Source: Oscillospiraceae bacterium
GTDB taxonomy: Bacteria; Bacillota; Clostridia; Oscillospirales; CAG-272
NCBI GenBank assembly: GCA_015063795.1
Contig: SVTL01000003.1
Span: forward strand, 29,328 to 93,327
DNA: 64,000 bases
Direction: 5' to 3'
Below the pieces are notes generated by a model. It did not search any database and was not told where the DNA came from. It saw only the letters and a program-made list of their open reading frames with translations. Of the stretch, positions 59,165 through 64,000 are shown piece after piece; positions within the stretch are counted from its first letter, which is position 1; each line of letters starts with the position of its first letter. Both the position numbers and the translations under genes were made by a program.

Positions 59165-60475
59165 TTACAGAACGACCTCGATGAGACCCTCGTCGTTGAG
59201 GAACATCTTGGTGCCGTAGTAATCGGACATTCTCTGAAGTCTGGCGCAGATCTCCTCGGCAGCCTCGCGGTCGGCCTCGAAGGGCGTACCCTTGAACTTG
59301 GGATCCTTGTCGAAGCAGAGCTCGATGGGCTTCATCACCAGCTTGGTCATGTTGCCCTCGTCGTCGAATTCGAAGTAAGGAATGACCGAGCGGTAGTTGA
59401 GGTTGCTGTTGGTCAGACCGCGCTGGCAGGTCTGGTCGCGGAGAGCGAGAACGCGGTTGGAGGTGTAGTCCTCCTTCTTCACGCTGTGTCTCTCCCAGTA
59501 ATCGTAGGGCTGACGCTCAACGAAGTCGAGATGGAAGATGAAGTTACCCAGCGAATAGAAGATCGGCTTGCCCTTGTAGATCTCGATGGGCTTGAGCTGG
59601 TGGGTACCGCTGGCGATGATGGCAGAAGCGCCGGCATCGATACACTTGCGGGAGAAGTCCTCGAAGAAGTAGTCGGGCTCGGTGAATTCAAAGGCCTTGA
59701 ACTGGTGGGTGTGCGTCATGATGACAACGTGGTCAGCATAGTTGAGCGCATCCTTGATGCCGCGGATGGTGCGGTCGAGGTCGTAGGGGGAGACAACGGT
59801 CTCACGGTAGGAGCGGGTGTCCTCGATGAAGTAGTTGCCGCCGAAGTCGTACAGACCCTTCGGGCCCATGGGGGTGAAGCCGTCGATCTGGGAGTTCTTC
59901 TTGGTGGCGCCAACGAAGGTCTCAGCCTCGATCTTCTTCAGCGTCTCCAGCTCTTCGTGCGTGACGTGGTTGATGGTGATGAAGCGGAGGGGGTTCAGAC
60001 CGGGACGGCCGGGGATCTCGTTGGAGGGATAGCCGGCTCTGGCAGCGTCCTCGAAGGAGGAGCAGTTGGAGATCAGAGCAACGGTACCCTGCTTGGTGTA
60101 GAGCAGAGCGGGCTTCTCAGCCTCGAAGAGGTTTTCGCCGATGCCGGCATAGGGGATGTCGCGGCTTTCGAGGTAACGGCAGGTCTGCAGAACGCCCTCG
60201 AAGGAGTAGTCCATGGAGTGGTTGTTGGCGCAGGAATACATGTTGAAGCCGAACTTGTGCATGGTCTCAAACACGTTGGGGCGAGCGGTCAGCCAAAGGC
60301 CGCCGCAGAAGGTGGAGCCATAGCACTTGTAATCGCTGATGACATACTCCAGATTGTTGATACGGGCGTCGCCCTTGCAGATGAAGTCGCGGAGAGGCTT
60401 GAAGCCGGCATAATCCTCCGTGATCTTCTTCATGCAAATGGCATCACCGGTGGTGGTGAAGGACATTTTCTTCAT
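59165..60475 (-). CDS. CapA/PGA_cap-family metallophosphoesterase-like protein (paralog 1)
   Basis: MSFTTTGDAI...RINNLEYVIS...FNMYSCANNHSMDY...VVIMTHTHQ...IASGTHQLKPIEIYKGKPIFYSLGNFIF is the CapA pattern. No signal peptide or TM helix. Confidence 0.75.
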   Translation of the reverse strand: MKKMSFTTTGDAICMKKITEDYAGFKPLRDFICKGDARINNLEYVISDYKCYGSTFCGGLWLTARPNVFETMHKFGFNMYSCANNHSMDYSFEGVLQTCRYLESRDIPYAGIGENLFEAEKPALLYTKQGTVALISNCSSFEDAARAGYPSNEIPGRPGLNPLRFITINHVTHEELETLKKIEAETFVGATKKNSQIDGFTPMGPKGLYDFGGNYFIEDTRSYRETVVSPYDLDRTIRGIKDALNYADHVVIMTHTHQFKAFEFTEPDYFFEDFSRKCIDAGASAIIASGTHQLKPIEIYKGKPIFYSLGNFIFHLDFVERQPYDYWERHSVKKEDYTSNRVLALRDQTCQRGLTNSNLNYRSVIPYFEFDDEGNMTKLVMKPIELCFDKDPKFKGTPFEADREAAEEICARLQRMSDYYGTKMFLNDEGLIEVVL

Positions 60476-60541
60476 GATGGTGGATTCCTTTCGATGTGAA
60501 TTTTGTTTTTATGTATGTTTCTTTTTTCTGTTTGATGATCC

Positions 60542-61855
60542 TTACAGCCGGACCTCGATCAGTCCCTCGTCGTTGAGGAAGAGGGAGACACCGTAGGGGG
60601 AAGAGAGACGCTGCAGCCTCTCGCAGATCTCCTCGGATGTTTCGCGGTCTGCCTCAAAGGGGATGCCCTTGAAGAGCGGATCGCCGTCAAAGCCGAGCTC
60701 GATGGGCTTCATCACCAGCTTGGACAGATTGCCGTCTTCATCAAATTCGAAGTAGGGGATCACCGAGCGGTAGTTGAGGAAGCTGTTGGTCAGACCGCGC
60801 TGGCAGGTCTGGTCGCGGACGGCCATGACCGCATAGTTGGAGGGGTAGTCCTCGCGGGAGAGGCTGTGCCTTTCCCAATAGTCGATGGGCTGGCGTTCGA
60901 TGTAATCCAGCTGGAAGATGAAGTTGCCCAGCGAATAGAAGATGGGCTTGCCCTTGTAGATCTCCATGGGCTTGAGCTGGTGGGTACCGCCTGCGATAAC
61001 GGCAGAAGCGCCGGCGTCGATGCACTTGCGGGCGAAGTCCTCGAAGAAGTAGTCGGGCTCGGTGAATTCAAAGGCCTTGAACTGGTGGGTGTGCGTCATG
61101 ATGATGACGTGGTCGGCATAGTTGAGCGCGTCCCGGATGCCGCGGACGGTGCGGTCGAGGTCGTAGGGGGAGACCACGGTCTCGCGGTAAGAGCGGGTGT
61201 CCTCGATGAAGTAGTTGCCGCCGAAGTCATACAGACCCTTCGGTCCCATGGGCGTGAAGCCGTCGATCTGGGAGTTTTTCTTGGTGGCGCCCACAAAGCA
61301 TTCGGCCTCGATCTTCTTCAGCGTCTCCATCTCCTCATGCGTGACATGGTTGATGGTGGTGAAGCGGAGAGGGTTCAGACCGGGACGGCCGGGGATCTCG
61401 TTGGAGGGATAGCCGGCTCTGGCGGAGTCGTCGAAGGAGGAGCAGTTGGAGATCAAAGCAACGGTGCTCTGCCCCGTGTAAAGCAGGGCGGGCTTTTCGG
61501 CCTCAAAGAGATTTTCGCCGATGCCGGCGTAGCAGATGTCGCGGCTTTCGAGGTAACGGCAGGTCTGCAAAACGCCCTCAAAGGAGTAGTCCATGGAGTG
61601 GTTGGTGGCGCAGGAATACATGTTGAAGCCGAATTTGTGCATGTCCTCAAACACGTTGGGGCGCGCCGTCTGCCACAGACCGCCGCAGAAGGTGGAGCCG
61701 AAGCGCTTGTAGTCGCTGATGACGTATTCTAAATTGTTCACACGGACGTCCCCGCGGCAGATGAAGTCGCGGAGGGGCTTGAAGGCGGCGTAGTTTTCAT
61801 TCAGCCGTGTCATCAGGATGGCATCGCCGGTGGCGGTGAAGGATAGCTTTTTCAT
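60542..61855 (-). CDS. CapA/PGA_cap-family metallophosphoesterase-like protein (paralog 2)
   Basis: Collinear with and highly similar to 59165..60475. ATG 61855 (MKKLSFTATGDAILM) follows aaggaga; the ORF opens at 61912. Confidence 0.75.
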   Translation of the reverse strand: MKKLSFTATGDAILMTRLNENYAAFKPLRDFICRGDVRVNNLEYVISDYKRFGSTFCGGLWQTARPNVFEDMHKFGFNMYSCATNHSMDYSFEGVLQTCRYLESRDICYAGIGENLFEAEKPALLYTGQSTVALISNCSSFDDSARAGYPSNEIPGRPGLNPLRFTTINHVTHEEMETLKKIEAECFVGATKKNSQIDGFTPMGPKGLYDFGGNYFIEDTRSYRETVVSPYDLDRTVRGIRDALNYADHVIIMTHTHQFKAFEFTEPDYFFEDFARKCIDAGASAVIAGGTHQLKPMEIYKGKPIFYSLGNFIFQLDYIERQPIDYWERHSLSREDYPSNYAVMAVRDQTCQRGLTNSFLNYRSVIPYFEFDEDGNLSKLVMKPIELGFDGDPLFKGIPFEADRETSEEICERLQRLSSPYGVSLFLNDEGLIEVRL

Positions 61856-61949
61856 GAGTCGGGATCTCCTTACTGTTTGATGGCATATTTGTCTTTCCCT
61901 TCGCATAGGCATATAGCAAAAAACGAAAGTCGAAAGGGAAGGTCAAGCG

Positions 61950-62912
61950 ATGGAAGCAAGAATGGAAAAGGAACGGTATGGAATGGAGGGTGTCGGACGT
62001 CGGGAGCTGATCAGCCGCGCGGCGTTTGCCTCGTCTGAGGGAATGGAGGCGGCGTATCAAAGCGGCGCGATCTTAGAGGGACGTGTCACCCTCTGCGACT
62101 CCTCGCTGACGCTGCATGTGGATTGCGGCTGTATGAAAGGGATCATCAAGCGCGAGGATGCCGTTTACAGCGAAGGCGGCGAGAGCGTGAAGGACATTGC
62201 GATCATCAGCCGCGTGGGGAAGACGGTCTGCTTCAAGGTGATCGGCTTTGTGAAGGATCGGTATGGTGAGCGGAGAGCGCTGCTGTCGCGGCGGCTGGCG
62301 CAGGAGGAATGCCTGAACGAGCGGCTGATGCGCCTTCGCGCAGGGGACGTGATCGAAGCGAGGATCACGCATCTGGAGCATTTCGGTGCCTTTTGCGACA
62401 TCGGCTGCGGCATCGTGTCCATGATCCCCATCGACTGCATCTCGGTTTCGCGCATCTCGCACCCCTCCGACCGGTTTACGGTGGGGGATCGGATCCGCGC
62501 GGTGGTGGCAGGTCACACCGACGACGGCAAGGGACGGAAGGTCTGCCTCTCCCACAAGGAACTGCTCGGCACATGGGAGGAGAACGCCGCCTGCTTTGAA
62601 AGCGGACAGACGGTGTCGGGGATCGTGCGGAGCGTGGAGCCATACGGCATTTTTGTGGAGCTGTCACCCAATCTGGCAGGACTGGCCGACCTGCGTCCGC
62701 GTGTCAGAATCGGGGACGTGGCGGCGGTGTACATCAAGAGCATCCTTCCCGAACGGATGAAGATCAAGCTGGTGATCGTGGATACCTACCCAAACGAGGG
62801 CAAGCGGCTCAAGCCGGTGTATTATGTACCCGAAAGCGTCACGCACCTCGAGCAATGGGTGTATTCGCCGCCCTCCTGCCCGCGGTACAGCGGACGGTGT
62901 TTCGGGAAATGA
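61950..62912 (+). CDS. S1 RNA-binding-domain protein (three S1-like repeats)
   Basis: GAILEGRVT..., AGDVIEARITHLEHFGAFCDIGCGIVSMIP and GQTVSGIVRSVEPYGIFVELSPNLAGLA are S1 OB-fold repeats. The exact start is uncertain because there are several Met near the N-terminus. Confidence 0.7.
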   Translation: MEARMEKERYGMEGVGRRELISRAAFASSEGMEAAYQSGAILEGRVTLCDSSLTLHVDCGCMKGIIKREDAVYSEGGESVKDIAIISRVGKTVCFKVIGFVKDRYGERRALLSRRLAQEECLNERLMRLRAGDVIEARITHLEHFGAFCDIGCGIVSMIPIDCISVSRISHPSDRFTVGDRIRAVVAGHTDDGKGRKVCLSHKELLGTWEENAACFESGQTVSGIVRSVEPYGIFVELSPNLAGLADLRPRVRIGDVAAVYIKSILPERMKIKLVIVDTYPNEGKRLKPVYYVPESVTHLEQWVYSPPSCPRYSGRCFGK

Positions 62913-62918
62913 TCGTTT

Positions 62919-63782
62919 TCAGTGAGCGGAAAGCCTGCTTTGGTAATAGGTTTTCATGGCAAGCGCATCGGCAGCCATGGTGCCGGCGGATTCGCAGATG
63001 ATGCGGGGCGTCAACCCCTCCTCGGCAATGACCTCCATCAGCGGCTCGAAGCGGGGGCCGTACTCGGTCTGCTCGAAGGTGAGGTGCTTTTTCTCGCCTG
63101 CACCCGTGAACTGGATCATGGAGAAGTGGCAGTGGAGGGTGCGTGCCGCCTCGTCGCCAAGCCCCTCGCCGATGAGATCGAACAGGGCGCGGAAGTGATC
63201 CTTTTGCGTGAACTGCTCGCCGATGGAGCGGGCATAGAGGTGACCGAAGTCCACCACCGGGCGCAGGATCGGATCGATCTTGCAGAGGCGGACCACCTCC
63301 TCGGGCGTACCAAGCTGATTCTGCTTGCCCATGGTCTCAAGACCAAGGGAGATGCCGCGGTCTCCGAAGGCTTCCACGGCCTTGTAGATGGTGTCGGAAG
63401 CCAGATCCATGGCCTTTTCGCGGCTGATCTTGCCGGCGCTGCCGGTGTGAATGACGATCAGATCCGCCCCCATGGCCTCGGCGGCGTCCAGGCTCTGTTC
63501 GATATAGGAAAGGCTTTTCAGCCGTTTTTCCATGTCTTCGCCTGAGAGAGAGATGAAATAGGGCGCGTGAAAGGAGAGGGCGATGCCGTTTTTCTTGGCT
63601 TCCTCGCCGATCTTGCAAAAGGTCTCGCGCTTGCCGACCACACCGTTGCCGGCTTGGTATTCGTAAGCATCCAGCCCCTTGGCTTTCAGCCAGGCGGGTG
63701 CCTGCCATGTGGATTTGTATCCGGCGGCGTAAAATTCCTCGGCGTTGCCGCCCGGCCCGAAGAGGGCATACTTGTCGGTCAT
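62919..63782 (-). CDS. xylose-isomerase-like TIM-barrel protein, endonuclease IV (Nfo)-related
   Basis: 287 aa. ...LSFHAPYFISL...ADLIVIHTGS...LGLETMG...VDFGHLYA...HCHFS is the AP endonuclease family 2 metal-ligand spacing. By eye only. Confidence 0.55.
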   Translation of the reverse strand: MTDKYALFGPGGNAEEFYAAGYKSTWQAPAWLKAKGLDAYEYQAGNGVVGKRETFCKIGEEAKKNGIALSFHAPYFISLSGEDMEKRLKSLSYIEQSLDAAEAMGADLIVIHTGSAGKISREKAMDLASDTIYKAVEAFGDRGISLGLETMGKQNQLGTPEEVVRLCKIDPILRPVVDFGHLYARSIGEQFTQKDHFRALFDLIGEGLGDEAARTLHCHFSMIQFTGAGEKKHLTFEQTEYGPRFEPLMEVIAEEGLTPRIICESAGTMAADALAMKTYYQSRLSAH

Positions 63783-63883
63783 AGGTTGTTATCCTTTCTT
63801 TGAAAAGAAGGAGCGATCTTCTTGAAATACAGCCTCAGACAGGGCCTTTCGGCCGCGCTTGAAGCGTTGGCGCAGATGGGGGG

Positions 63884-64000
63884 TTATCCCTTTTTCTGTG
63901 CGCTGTGATACAGCCTCAGATAGGGCTTTTCCAGCCATCTTTTAAAGCGCTGGAAGAGATGCGTCTTGTCCTTGATGGGGGGGACGAAATAGGCCTTCAG
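63884..64000 (-). CDS. 3' end of a gene that continues beyond the right edge (unknown product)
   Basis: The minus-strand frame is open from nt 64000 and reads LKAYFVPPIKDKTHLFQRFKRWLEKPYLRLYHSAQKKG then stop (TAA 63884-63886). Only 38 codons are visible. Confidence 0.3.
   Translation of the reverse strand: MKAYFVPPIKDKTHLFQRFKRWLEKPYLRLYHSAQKKG

Noticed and set aside
59153-61732. 448-aa and 288-aa plus-strand ORFs opposite the CapA paralogs
   Set aside because: These are antisense shadows with low-complexity translations.
1-64000. Mobile elements, prophage or defence islands
   Set aside because: I looked for transposase (DDE), integrase (tyrosine or serine recombinase), phage structural, restriction-modification and toxin-antitoxin signatures in all listed ORFs and found none. 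The only helicase is a stand-alone Lhr-like gene with housekeeping-type flanks.

Overview
GC-rich, densely coding chromosomal segment that looks like a spore-forming Clostridia genome. The taxonomic cues are an alpha/beta-type SASP gene, dockerin modules, the anaerobic thiH route and a T-box leader, so an Oscillospiraceae/Ruminococcaceae-like organism is plausible. I saw no rRNA, tRNA, CRISPR array, transposase, integrase or phage genes. Left to right the window holds: a WG-repeat protein (5' partial); a SASP; a sortase B / LCP / surface-protein mini-locus; the membrane pyrophosphatase hppA. Next comes a minus-strand thiamine operon (thiS-thiF-thiG-thiH-tenI-thiE, a HAD gene relic, thiD-cytX) headed by two tandem TPP riboswitches. 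Then: a YfcE phosphoesterase plus a membrane protein; three small uncharacterised genes; an Lhr-like DEAD/DEAH helicase. A plus-strand transporter cluster follows: two MalFG-type permeases, a nested repeat array with a four-helix-bundle gene, a very long HlyD-type adaptor, a MacB-periplasmic-domain-only protein and a giant solute-binding lipoprotein. After that: an ACT/UPF0210 pair; a heterodimeric ABC exporter; tyrS with a Tyr T-box; a TSCPD protein; an AEC transporter; a GH36-like lipoprotein; two tandem coiled-coil/beta-helix lipoprotein paralogs; an ArsB/NhaD-type permease; cysK; a DtxR-family regulator with an AI-2E transporter, a membrane protein and an M28 peptidase. The right end holds two multidomain SASA-type esterases and an NlpC/P60 protein, two of the three carrying dockerins; two tandem CapA paralogs; an S1-domain protein; and an endonuclease-IV-like TIM-barrel protein. 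Many long ORFs in the six-frame track are antisense shadows of these genes. The observations I rate most worth follow-up are the tandem TPP riboswitches, the nested repeat array carrying truncated copies of the four-helix-bundle gene start, the importer/adaptor hybrid transporter cluster, the sortase locus with a non-canonical sorting signal, and the dockerin-bearing esterase cluster. All functional calls come from motif recognition by eye. No database search was run.
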